19,159 nucleotides of DNA from Vitrella brassicaformis CCMP3155 (Eukaryota > Protista > Chromerida), in contig CDMY01000799.1 of the NCBI GenBank assembly GCA_001179505.1, positions 1-19,159 on the forward strand, written 5' to 3'. A model generated the notes under the pieces. It saw only the letters and a list, made by a program, of their open reading frames with translations, searched no databases and was not told the DNA's origin. A program made the translations under genes and the position numbers. Below are positions 1-10,171 of this stretch, piece after piece; the stretch's first letter is position 1; each line of letters starts with the position of its first letter.

Positions 1-1530
1 GGGCTCGGGCTCCTCGTGGCCGACTGGCTGGTGGAGGAGGGAGCCAAACACATCGCTCTTGTGTCGAGGCGCGGCAGGCCGACCGATGCGGTGGCTGCCT
101 CTGAGCTGTGGAAGAAGCTGACGGCACCCGAGCCTCAGGGCCGCTCCAAAGCCGCCGTCCACTGCATGGCCGTGGACGTGTCCAGGAAGGACGAGTGCGA
201 GAAGCTGTTTGCTGACCTGAAGAACACACTGCCCAAGAACAAGAACCCAGTGAGGGGCATCTTTCACGCAGCTGCTGTGCTTGACGACGCTGCACTCAAC
301 AACGAGACCAAAGACAAGGTTGAGAAGGTCTACTTGCCAAAGGTGAGTGAATGAGACCCCCAAGCTTGCTTCTACTCTCACTCACTCATTTGCTCATTCA
401 TTCACTCAGTCAGTCAGTCAGCCAGTCAGTCAGCCAGCCAGTCACTTGGGTTGTGAGGCAGCCAGCCAGCCAGGCCGTGACTGCTGCCCTCGCCCTTCCT
501 CTCACTCACTCACTCACTCACTCACTCGCATCGCCAGTCACTCACACACTGTATCACTTTTTGCTTGCGCCATTCAGGCAGGCAGGCAGTCAGGCACTCA
601 GCAATTCCATGGTTCTCTCACTCAGTCAGACAGTCACTTCACTTGTAAGCTAGCGAGCCAGGCAGTCAGTCAGTCAGTCAAGCAATCAGTTAGGAGACCC
701 CGGTTCAACCGGAAGAATGAATGTATCGTTCCCCTGACGAGCATTGTTGCTCATCCATCCATCCATCGCTTCTGCCTCGTGTGTGTGTGCAGGTGATGGG
801 CGCGTGGTACCTCCACGAGCTGTCGCTCGACGAGGAGACCCCTCTCGACCACTTCATGATGTTCTCTTCCGCCGCCTCACTACTCGGCAACTTTGGTCAG
901 GCCAACTACTCGGCGGCCAACTCCTGCCTGGACGCCCTCACCGAGTACCGGCGATCCAAGAAGCTCGCGGCGCAGAGCATTCAGTGGGGCCCGTGGATCG
1001 AGCAGGGCATGGCGGTCGAACTCAAGCAGCACCTCGACAAGGCGGGAATGCGCGGCATCACCAACGATCTTGGTCTTCGCGTCCTCGGCGACGTCATGCG
1101 GCACTCTGAGAGCGTCGGGGTGACGTGCTGTCAGGGCCTCAAGTGGGACATCTTCCTGTTGAGGTACGATGTCATCCCGCCCTTCTTCGAGAAAGTGCGG
1201 TCAGCTGCCACGCGGGGCGCGGCGGCAGGCGTGTCGGTTAAGCTGCGCAACATGGATGCAGCGGCCCTCAAGGAGTACATTCACTCGGCAGTCGTGGATG
1301 AAGCTGCAACCGTCCTCGGCATGACGGAAGCGCCGCCTCTGGATTCCCCTCTGCAGGAGCTGGGCATCGACTCACTCGGCGCCGTCGAATTCCGCAACGC
1401 CCTGTCCTCCAAGATCGGCGTCAAGCTGCCCGCCACCACGCTCTTCGACTACCCGACGCTCAACGCCATCATTGACTTCATCTACAGTGAGGTCTCCGGG
1501 GGGGCGGAGGAGGCGGCCGCTGTGGACGAG
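1..1530 (+). repeat. Copy 1 of duplicated KR-intron-ACP block (penultimate assembled module)
   Basis: Aligns to 2057-3566 with offset 2056 before the intron and 2036 after it. About 9 coding substitutions seen by eye. Confidence 0.95.
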
Positions 1531-4500
1531 TGGGGTGGGCCGTTGCCTGAGGCCATGTCTGAGAGCCTGGCTGTGGTGAGCGTGTCGTGCCGCCTGCCCG
1601 GCGNNNNNNNNNNNNNNNNNNNNNNNNNNNNNNNNNNNNNNNNNNNNNNNNNNNNNNNNNNNNNNNNNNNNNNNNNNNNNNNNNNNNNNNNNNNNNNNNN
1701 NNNNNNNNNNNNNNNNNNNNNNNNNNNNNNNNNNNNNNNNNNNNNNNNNNNNNNNNNNNNNNNNNNNNNNNNNNNNNNNNNNNNNNNNNNNNNNNNNNNN
1801 NNNNNNNNNNNNNNNNNNNNNNNNNNNNNNNNNNNNNNNNNNNNNNNNNNNNNNNNNNNNNNNNNNNNNNNNNNNNNNNNNNNNNNNNNNNNNNNNNNNN
1901 NNNATCATGCAGAGGGCCCAGCACATCGGCAAAGTCGTCATACAAATACCGAGCGCCCTCCGCCGCCCGATGGCAGGCACGGCAAACGAGGCATATGGGA
2001 CTGCCGACCAGACCACAGATATCGACGGATGCTACGTCATCACGGGCGGCTTCGGGGGGCTCGGGCTCCTCGTGGCCGACTGGCTGGTGGAGGAGGGAGC
2101 CAAACACATCGCTCTTGTGTCGAGGCGCGGCAGGCCGACCGATGCGGTGGCTGCCTCTGAGCTGTGGAAGAAGCTGACGGCACCCGAGCCTCAGGGCCGC
2201 TCCAAAGCCGCCGTCCACTGCATGGCCGTGGACGTGTCCAGGAAGGACGAGTGCGAGAAGCTGTTTGCTGACCTGAAGAACACACTGCCCAAGAACAAGA
2301 ACCCAGTGAGGGGCATCTTTCACGCAGCTGCTGTGCTTGACGACGCTGCACTCAACAACCAGACCAAAGACAAGGTGGACAAGGTCTACTTGCCAAAGGT
2401 GAGTGAATGAGACCCCCAAGCTTGCTTCTACTCTCACTTACTCATTTACTCATTCATTCACTGAGTCAGTCAGTCAGTCAGCCAGCCAGTCACTTGGGTT
2501 GTGAGGCAGCCAGCCAGCCAGGCCGTGACTGCTGCCCTCGCCCTTCCTCTCACTCACTCACTCACTCACTCGCATCGCCAGTCACTCACACACTGTATCA
2601 CTTTTTGCTTGCGCCATTCAGGCAGGCAGGCAGGCAGTCAGGCACTCAGCAATTCCGTCGTTCTCTCACTCAGTCAGACAGTCACTTCACTTGTAAGCCA
2701 GCGAGCCAGTCAGTCAAGCACTCAGTTAGGAGACCCCGGTTCAACCGGAAGAATGAATGTATCGTTCCCCTAACGAGCATTGTTGCTCATCCATCCATCC
2801 ATCGCTTCTGCCTCGTGTGTGTGTGCAGGTGATGGGCGCGTGGTACCTCCATGAGCTGTCGCTCGACGAGGAGACCCCTCTCGACCACTTCATGATGTTC
2901 TCTTCCGTCGCCTCACTACTCGGCAACTTTGGTCAGGCCAACTACTCGGCGGCCAACTCCTGCCTAGACGCCCTCACCGAGTACCGGCGATCCAAGAAGC
3001 TCGCGGCGCAGAGCATTCAGTGGGGCCCGTGGATCGAGCAGGGCATGGCGGTCGAACTCAAGCAGCACCTCGACAAGGCGGGAATGCGCGGCATCACCAA
3101 CGATCTTGGTCTTCGCGTCCTCGGCGACGTCATGCGGCACTCTGAGAGCGTCGGGGTGACGTGCTGTCAGGGCCTCAAGTGGGACATCTTCCTGTTGAGG
3201 TACGATGTCATCCCGCCCTTCTTCGAGAAAGTGCGGTCAGCTGCCACGCGGGGCGCGGCGGCAGGCGTGTCGGTTAAGCTGCGCAACATGGATGCAGCGG
3301 CCCTCAAGGAGTACATTCACTCGGCAGTCGTGGATGAAGCTGCAACCGTCCTCGGCATGACGGAAGCGCCGCCTCTGGATTCCCCTCTGCAGGAGCTGGG
3401 CATCGACTCACTCGGCGCCGTCGAATTCCGCAACGCCCTGTCCTCCAAGATCGGCGTCAAGCTGCCCGCCACCACGCTCTTCGACTACCCGACGCTCAAC
3501 GCCATCATTGACTTCCTCTACAATGAGGTCTCCGGGGGGGCGGAGGAGGCGGCCGCTGGGGACGAGAAGGCCCCCTCATCCATAGAGGTCGACTACAACG
3601 ACATGACGGTGGAGAAGTGGCTCAAGAGCGCCTTCGGCGGCTCCGAGCGGTATCTTCAGTTCCTGGACATGTTCGAGGCTAAATACCCCTCCGTCGAGGC
3701 CATGGCGCAGGAAACCGAGATCCGACTCGCACTCGACGTCTGCCAGGTTCGCGATGAGGAGGACTTCAGGCGGCTTTACTACGCATGGGACAAAATGCGC
3801 TCTTCGCTCGTCGACGTGTCGAGCTTCCACAAGCTTTCGCCCTTCAGCGTTGCCGCGACTGACTACGGAGAGGCCATCAGGGCGGTGGAGGGTGGCGGCA
3901 AACGTCGGGGTAAGACGGTTGACCCAATGGATGACATCAAGGACCTCACAGACTGGCTGCAGTTCGATGTCAACACCCTGCTGCCCATGCGGCAGCCCGA
4001 GCAAGTGCGGCACGTGCTGCTCACCGGGGTCACGGGTTTCGTCGGCCGGCTGCAACTGGTGTGCCTACTGAACCGGCCAGGCGGTGACAACCTCACCGTC
4101 CACTGCCTGGTTCGTGCCAACAATGAGAAGCACGCCATGCAGCGCATCCGTGAGGCGTGCATCGAGGCCAAGGTGTGGAAGGAGGAGTATGCTAGCCGTA
4201 TTGTGGCGCTGCTCGGAGACTTCACCAAGGAGGACCTCGGCGTCGGTGAAGACAAATTCATGGAGCTCTGCCGAACCATCGACATGGTGACTTACACATG
4301 CGCAGGCAGTGATCGAAGGCTTAACATTTACTCTCTGTATTCGGTTTCTTCATTCAGGTCCATCACACTGGCGGCGATGTCGGCCTTCTGAGCAACTACG
4401 CTCGTCTCCGTGCAACCAACACTCTCGCCCTCAAGGGCGTCTTGCGGTTGTGCACCACCTACCGCCTCAAGTCGCTCCACCACGCCTCCACTTTGGGCAT

Positions 4501-5433
4501 CTTCCCGGCCTTTTTTGCGTGCTTCAGCCAAGACTTCGACGACCGGCTCATCACCGAGGACTCCTCCCCCGACCCCAAGGAGATGCAGAAGTTCTTCCCC
4601 CCTCTCCGCATGGGCTACCCCTGGAGCAAGTGGGCCGCCGAGCAGGTGCTGCGCAAGGCCCGCGACATGGGCCTGCCCGTGTGCGTGTACCGACTCCCCA
4701 ACACGTTCGTCGCCTGGCGGACAGGGTACACCAACAAGGGCGACTACGCCACGGCGCTGACTATCAGCTCCATCGAGGAGGGCATGTTCCCCGTCGGCGC
4801 GTCTGCGGCGCCTTTCACACCGGTGGACACCATTGCCGAGATGCTGGTAGGTCAACGAACGAGTGAGGGCTTCACTGATCCAACCATGAATCCTCATTTG
4901 TGTGTCATCCTTTAGGTCGAGTTGTCGTTCCTCGAGCGGCGGAAGCACTGGCTGTACCACCTCATTAACACAACCGTTGTCACACAGTAAGACAAGAAAG
5001 ACATCACACACAGGAGCGTGACTGAAGCGAATCGACATGCTGATGTGTCTGCAGGGCCCAGAGTAAGGCGTGGGCGGACGAGCTGGGCATCAAGTACTAT
5101 GGCGTTAAGATCGACACCTTCCTCGACGCCGTCAAGAAGCACGGTCCCGAGTCGCCCGTCTTCAAGTTCGTGCCCCTCATGCAGCACTGGCGGTCCTACT
5201 GGTTCGACTGCGACGAGCGGACCGAGCCATTACCCATCCGCACCCAGAACATCTTCGACGAGCTCCCACACATGGCATGGCCACCCGTCAAGGAGGTCTT
5301 CCGCGCCTCGTTCCAATATTCGATCAAGGAACGCTTCTTCTCACCCCAAAGCAACTCCGTCACCATCGATGCTGACCACGCTCTCGAGTGGGCACGGAAG
5401 CACACCGACGGTCTCAAGAACTTCGCGACCTAA
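1..5433 (+). CDS. Modular type I fatty acid/polyketide synthase, 3' part (KR-ACP-KS start-[gap]-ER end-KR-ACP-insert-terminal reductase); 5'-partial and interrupted by an assembly gap
   Basis: Exons 1-342, 793-1603, [N gap], 1904-2398, 2829-4286, 4358-4846, 4916-4986, 5055-5433 (TAA). Introns are GT-AG, and splicing restores motifs such as YLPK|VMGAWYLHEL and IDM|VHHTGGDV. Motifs: KR GGFGGLG, AAVLDD, SS(A/V)AS, GQANYSAAN; ACP LGIDSL; KS start LAVVSVSCRLPG; ER end MQRAQHIGKVVI; reductase VLLTGVTGFVG and GYPWSKWAAE. Confidence 0.93.
1604..1903. other. Assembly gap (300 N)
   Basis: Run of N between the KS start and the ER end. Confidence 1.
2057..3566 (+). repeat. Copy 2 of duplicated KR-intron-ACP block (terminal module)
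   Basis: Same sequence as 1-1530 including the intron (430 vs 450 nt). Similarity stops after GACGAG: copy 1 runs into KS, copy 2 into the insert and reductase. Confidence 0.95.
4011..5433 (+). other. Terminal thioester reductase (extended SDR / NAD_binding_4-type) domain of the synthase
   Basis: TGVTGFVG Rossmann motif, VHCLVRA, GDFTKEDLGV, STLGIF, catalytic YxxxK (YPWSK, 4616-4630), YRLP; split by three short introns (71, 69, 68 nt). Confidence 0.88.
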
Positions 5434-5771
5434 CATTTTTCCTTCTATTTTTGGCGGCCTGTCGTGTGCCGTGGTGGAATGCACCACATCACATGCGTAT
5501 CTGTGTGTGGGTGTTGGTGGCCTATCTGATCGCACGACTGACTTGACGCGCTCTGCTCGGTTCGGCGTGTTGTCGCATGCAGTGTGCGTTTTCCATTTGC
5601 CGATGTCCCAATGGCCTGGGTCGTCGTGTTGGGTGAAACTGGCGATTTGTGCGTTATGGCATGCGTCGTGGTCGGATATGTATGTATTACACACGTGTCT
5701 GGGTGGGCGTTGGTGGCTATTCTTTTGCACCACGCTGCGCGCCGCTCTCCCTTTTTGGTGGCTTGTGTGGC

Positions 5772-6071
5772 NNNNNNNNNNNNNNNNNNNNNNNNNNNNN
5801 NNNNNNNNNNNNNNNNNNNNNNNNNNNNNNNNNNNNNNNNNNNNNNNNNNNNNNNNNNNNNNNNNNNNNNNNNNNNNNNNNNNNNNNNNNNNNNNNNNNN
5901 NNNNNNNNNNNNNNNNNNNNNNNNNNNNNNNNNNNNNNNNNNNNNNNNNNNNNNNNNNNNNNNNNNNNNNNNNNNNNNNNNNNNNNNNNNNNNNNNNNNN
6001 NNNNNNNNNNNNNNNNNNNNNNNNNNNNNNNNNNNNNNNNNNNNNNNNNNNNNNNNNNNNNNNNNNNNNNN
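5772..6071. other. Assembly gap (300 N) next to a poly-G run
   Basis: Run of N followed by about 20 G. The equivalent spot in unit 2 is only a few bases long. Confidence 1.
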
Positions 6072-6282
6072 GGGGGGGGGGGGGGGGGGGCGCTCTACTC
6101 TGGCAGCTTGAGAGGGTGGTAGTGGTCCGTTTGATGATGACCATTGCCGCCATTCTGGGTGACGATGAGCGGTGTGCTGTTGAAATGGGCGGAAAGTGCG
6201 TGAGGGCGCATTTGTAAGCGATACGTACGGGTAAAGTAGTGACTTCGCTGGCCTCTCAGGTGAAAGCTCTCTCGGTGGTCTT

Positions 6283-6402
6283 CTGTCTGTCTGTCTGTCT
6301 GTCTGTCTGTGTCTGTCTGTCTGTCTGTCTGTGTCTGTCTGTCTCTGTCTGTCTGTGTCTGTCTGTCTCTGTCTGTCTGTGTCTGTCTGTCTCTGTCTGT
6401 CT
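6283..6402. repeat. (GTCT)n-type microsatellite
   Basis: Direct reading; much shorter (about 7498-7534) in the second repeat unit. Confidence 0.95.
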
Positions 6403-8099
6403 CAATTTTCCCCTGTGAGCAGTCAACGGATTGTTATCGTACTAAGTCGGTGTCTTACGTAGGGCTTTCGTACTAAGTCGGCGTCTTAAGTAGGGTTTTC
6501 AATGCAGCTCTGCCCGTTTGCCAGCCAGCCAGCCAGGTTGGGTGGACACGAGACGAACACAGGAAGACCATGCTGGGGTTTTGACGTGACGCGCCTGTGG
6601 ACGCGCCCTTTTTGATGCCCTGTCTGTCTCCACAACGTGCCATGATCATGTGTCGTATGCCGTGGTGGAATGCACCACACATGCGTATCTGTGTGTAAGT
6701 GTTGGTGGCCTATCTGTTCGCACGACTGACTTGACGCGCTCTGCTCGGTTCGGCGTGTTGTCGCATGCATCGTGTGCGTTTTCCATTTGCCGATGTCCCA
6801 ATGGCCTGGGTCGTCGTGTTGGGTGAAACTGGCGATTTGTGCGTTATGGCATGCGTCGTGGTCGGATATGTATGTATTACACACGTGTCTGGGTGGGCGT
6901 TGGTGGCTATTCTTTTGCACCACGCTGCGCGCCGCTCTCCCTTTTTGGTGGCGTGTGACAGGGGGGGCGCTCTACTCTGGCAGCCTGAGAGGGGGGGGAG
7001 GGGCCGTTTGATGATGACCATTGCCGCCATTCTCTGGGTGACGATGAGCGGTGTGCTGTGGTGTCGCCGTGCAATGACCTGGTCATGGTATGCGTACACA
7101 CGCGGGAAGAGGGATGCATGAATGCATGTCGCCACATACATACTTGCATTCCTATTTGCACACTTGCATACGTCTGCATACATATACGTACGCATGCGAG
7201 GCGACCCGCTTCGCAGTCTGTGCTTTGAATCGGCGTTTGAATGCCGGCATCGCAGTTACATGTTCATGTTCGTGTTTGTGTGGGTGGGTGGGTCACAGAG
7301 AGAGATCACCACCAACCACATCGATGGATACTGGCGATTTGCAGGACGGTGCAACACACACATACATACCCCACAGTGGGAATGGGCGGAAGAGTGCGTG
7401 AGGGCGCATTTGTAAGCGATACGTACGGGTAAAGTAGTGACTTCACTGGCCTCTCAGGTGAAAACTGTCGAGTGGCAGAATGGCAAACCCTATCCTCTGT
7501 CTGTCTGTGTCTGTCTGTGTCTGTCTGTCTGTCTCAATTTTCCCCTGTGAGCAGTCAACGGATTGTTATCGTACTAAGTCGGTGTCTTACGTAGGGCTTT
7601 CGTACTAAGTCGGCGTCTTAGGTAGGGTTTTCAATGCAGCTCTGCCCGTTTGCCAGCCAGCCAGCCAGGTTGGGTGGACACGAGAGGACACGAGACGAAC
7701 ATAGGAAGACCATGCTGGGGTTTTGACGTGACGCGCCTGTGCACGCGCCCTTTTTGATGCCCTGTCTGTTTCCATGACGTGCCATGATCATGTGTCGTGT
7801 GCCGTGGTGGAATGCACCACATCACATGCGTATCCGTTTGTGGGTTTTGACGTAGGATCATGAAAGTTTTTGTGTTCGGGTCGGCGTGAAACAAACCCAG
7901 AAACGGCAATTCCAACGTGCGGCACAAATCGAACAGCGAGACTCCTGCAAAAGCAGGGCCGCCGAAGGCGGCCGGCCACGCAATCTTTTCCGACTCTGCG
8001 CCAAGCGCCCTGCGGAGGCAAAATGATCTCCTCATACTTGCAGGCTCTGCATCAACAGTCACAGGTCAGTCACCCGCAGCGACAAGTTAACATCTACGA

Positions 8100-9598
8100 G
8101 CAGGACATCCACCCCGGCAGTGTGTACAGCCTTCCCTTCCTTCTAGTTGTGTGGTTCTCTGCCGTCTTTGCCACCGTCATGCCTTGCAGTCGCCACGCCG
8201 TGTACAGCTTGACTTCATGTCTCGGCCTCGTGTGTTGGGCGGTATGACAGCCGCGCAGCAGGGTCGGCGTACCGTCAGCATCTCAGGACCGTCCTCCTTG
8301 GTGTCGCTCTGCGTCAGGTGGGGCATGAGCTGCAGCTTCCCTCGGCAGTGACCCGCCTCGCAGAGATGTGCAGATTGTTGCTGTATCATATGCATGGATG
8401 CCTGCCTGTGTGGTACGGGCCATGGATGATATGTCAAGGGATATCTGCTTGTGCCTGTCTCAGCTAGGTACGGCACACGCATGGTGTTCTCGGGTCGGTA
8501 GTTGTGTCTCAGGTTGTCGATAGTGTTGGCACACTTGTGGGTGTGGAGAGTGGTTGGTCCGCTATGGTGTGCGGCTGCTTATGGCCACGGAGAGGGGAGA
8601 GAGGAGAGAGAGAGAGGGAGGGAGGAAAGAGCATGACGGTGGTTGTAGTGGAGCTGCTTTGTAGATAGAAAAGCATCAGGCAGATAGATGACCGTCCGAC
8701 TATGTTGGCTTGTCTGGTTGTCAGTCGTCGGTCTATCTGTCTGTGTGTCTGTCTGTCTGTATGCCTTACTTGAGGAAGATTGGTTGCCGCTCAAGGGTCG
8801 CCTGAGCTGAACAATATGTCTGATGGCTTTCACATTAACGTGATCATATCACGATGGTGCTCAGGCCAACGATAATTCTCACAGTAACGTGACCACATCA
8901 CGTCGGGCAGATGAGAAAGAAGGAGAGAGAACCAGGAAGAGAGGGACCATCGTGCATATACACAGTGCACGTGAGCACTTACGTGTCATCGATTGAAGGA
9001 CGGAGGAGTGTTGGTTGCCTGCACTAGCCCGGCTGAGCCTGCACCGCGCACACAGAGAGAGAGAGAGACGGTTCAGCACGGATGACAGGCAAGCTGACTG
9101 GTCATCTCACCCACATACGCAGTCGATGGATCTGATCCTGCTCTAGGCTCGTGTCGCCGCCGTGTTGGCCACCCTGCGTGCATGCTGTTCGAAGAACGCC
9201 TGATTCGCGCGCACACAAGACATATACACACACACACACACACGTTTCTCTCATTGCAGTAGGCGCTGGTGGCGTGTCTGTCACTCATCCTCACCTGGCG
9301 ATGATGGATGGATGGATGACTCGCCACATTTCTCCAGGGCTCACGCACAAGAAAGGGTTCACTCGCCTCTGCCCTGAGTGATGTGTCGTTCTTATGAACC
9401 GTACTGCATGTTGGGCAGCGATCTTGTCACACGGTCGCCTCTCCTTTTCAACCCTCCCCGACAGAGGTCCCGCAATCGGTCGTCATATGCGATGAGCAGC
9501 GGGCTCATCAGGGGCATGTTAATGACCCACGGCGGCAGAGGCGAGTCGTCGTCCGCCTCCATCTCGGACGGCAGCTCCTTGGTGACACGAACCTCCAT
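8100..9598 (-). CDS. Possible multi-exon hypothetical gene, divergent from the Patched-family gene
   Basis: ATG ORF 9598-9392 with GC3-rich codons (MEVRVTKELPSEMEADDDSPLPPWVINMPL). Intron-like segments on the minus strand: GTGAGG..AATCAG 9294-9200, GTGAGA..GTGCAG 9110-9039, further GTAAG donors. I could not build one open reading frame through them. Confidence 0.3.
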
Positions 9599-9882
9599 CT
9601 CCTGCTCTCACAGTGCTCTGGGTTAGAGAGGGGACCAAAGGAATGAAACGAATCGTCGGCTCCGCGCGAGGCTAAGCTCGCGTCGCGACGAAAGCCGCTT
9701 TTCCCCCGGAGCGACCGGCACACCTACCGCGAAGGGGTTTTGCTGTTAGACCAAGCGGAGGCGTCCGAACCGCTCCCCCTCTCAACCTATACGACACGGG
9801 TGTCCAGATCTTCTGGCCTGCGTGCTGATCTTCGGAAAGACGAGCACGACGGCAAAAGGGTTGGTCTGTTGGTGAGCCGGCG

Positions 9883-10138
9883 ATGGCCGGTGATGCAAAG
9901 AAGGGTCTTTGGTGTCGGCTGGGGGAGGTGAGGGAGGTGTTCCACAGTGTGAAGGAGCGGCTGGTGGATAGGATCAACGAAGGCTTTTATCGGTACACCT
10001 TGTTCGTGTACGACTTCCCATGCTGGGTAAGGAGGCGAAGGAAAGGAAAGGAACAAAGGAACGAGGAAAGGAAGGTCCAAGAGGCTGCTTCATGGGTCCC
10101 TTTCACATGTGCCCTTGGGTCCCTTTCACATGTGCCCT

Positions 10139-10171
<33 letters not shown>

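Larger units (their letters stand above)
5460..7833. repeat. Tandem repeat of a ~1.1-kb non-coding unit (two units plus a ~40-bp third start)
   Basis: TGTCGT(G/A)TGCCGTGGTGGAATGCACCAC recurs at about 5460, 6651 and 7793. 5460-5760 matches 6651-6950 and about 6185-6650 matches about 7380-7792. Unit 2 has an extra ~320 nt (about 7058-7375). Confidence 0.9.

Noticed and set aside
343-792. ORFs 347-796, 351-653, 2407-2832 and 2501-2773 rich in S/H/Q/L
   Set aside because: They are translations of (TCAC)n/(AGTC)n/(AGCC)n microsatellites inside the KR intron; splicing restores the KR motif.
1372-2437. Long ORFs crossing the first N gap on either strand
   Set aside because: They stay open only because N codons contain no stops; the frame across the gap is undefined.
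5018-6217. 399-aa and other ORFs spanning 5772-6071
   Set aside because: Artefacts of an off-frame reading of the last exon plus the N run and poly-G.
6437-7630. Short direct repeats as a CRISPR array
   Set aside because: Copies are adjacent with no unique spacers, there are no cas genes, and the context is eukaryotic.
5460-7833. LTR retrotransposon or autonomous transposon
   Set aside because: No gag/pol/transposase ORF, TG..CA ends, primer-binding site or target-site duplication could be identified.
9660-9760. Hammerhead ribozyme or riboswitch (GACGAAAGCC resembles a GAAA core)
   Set aside because: The CUGANGA core is absent and the required stems could not be built.
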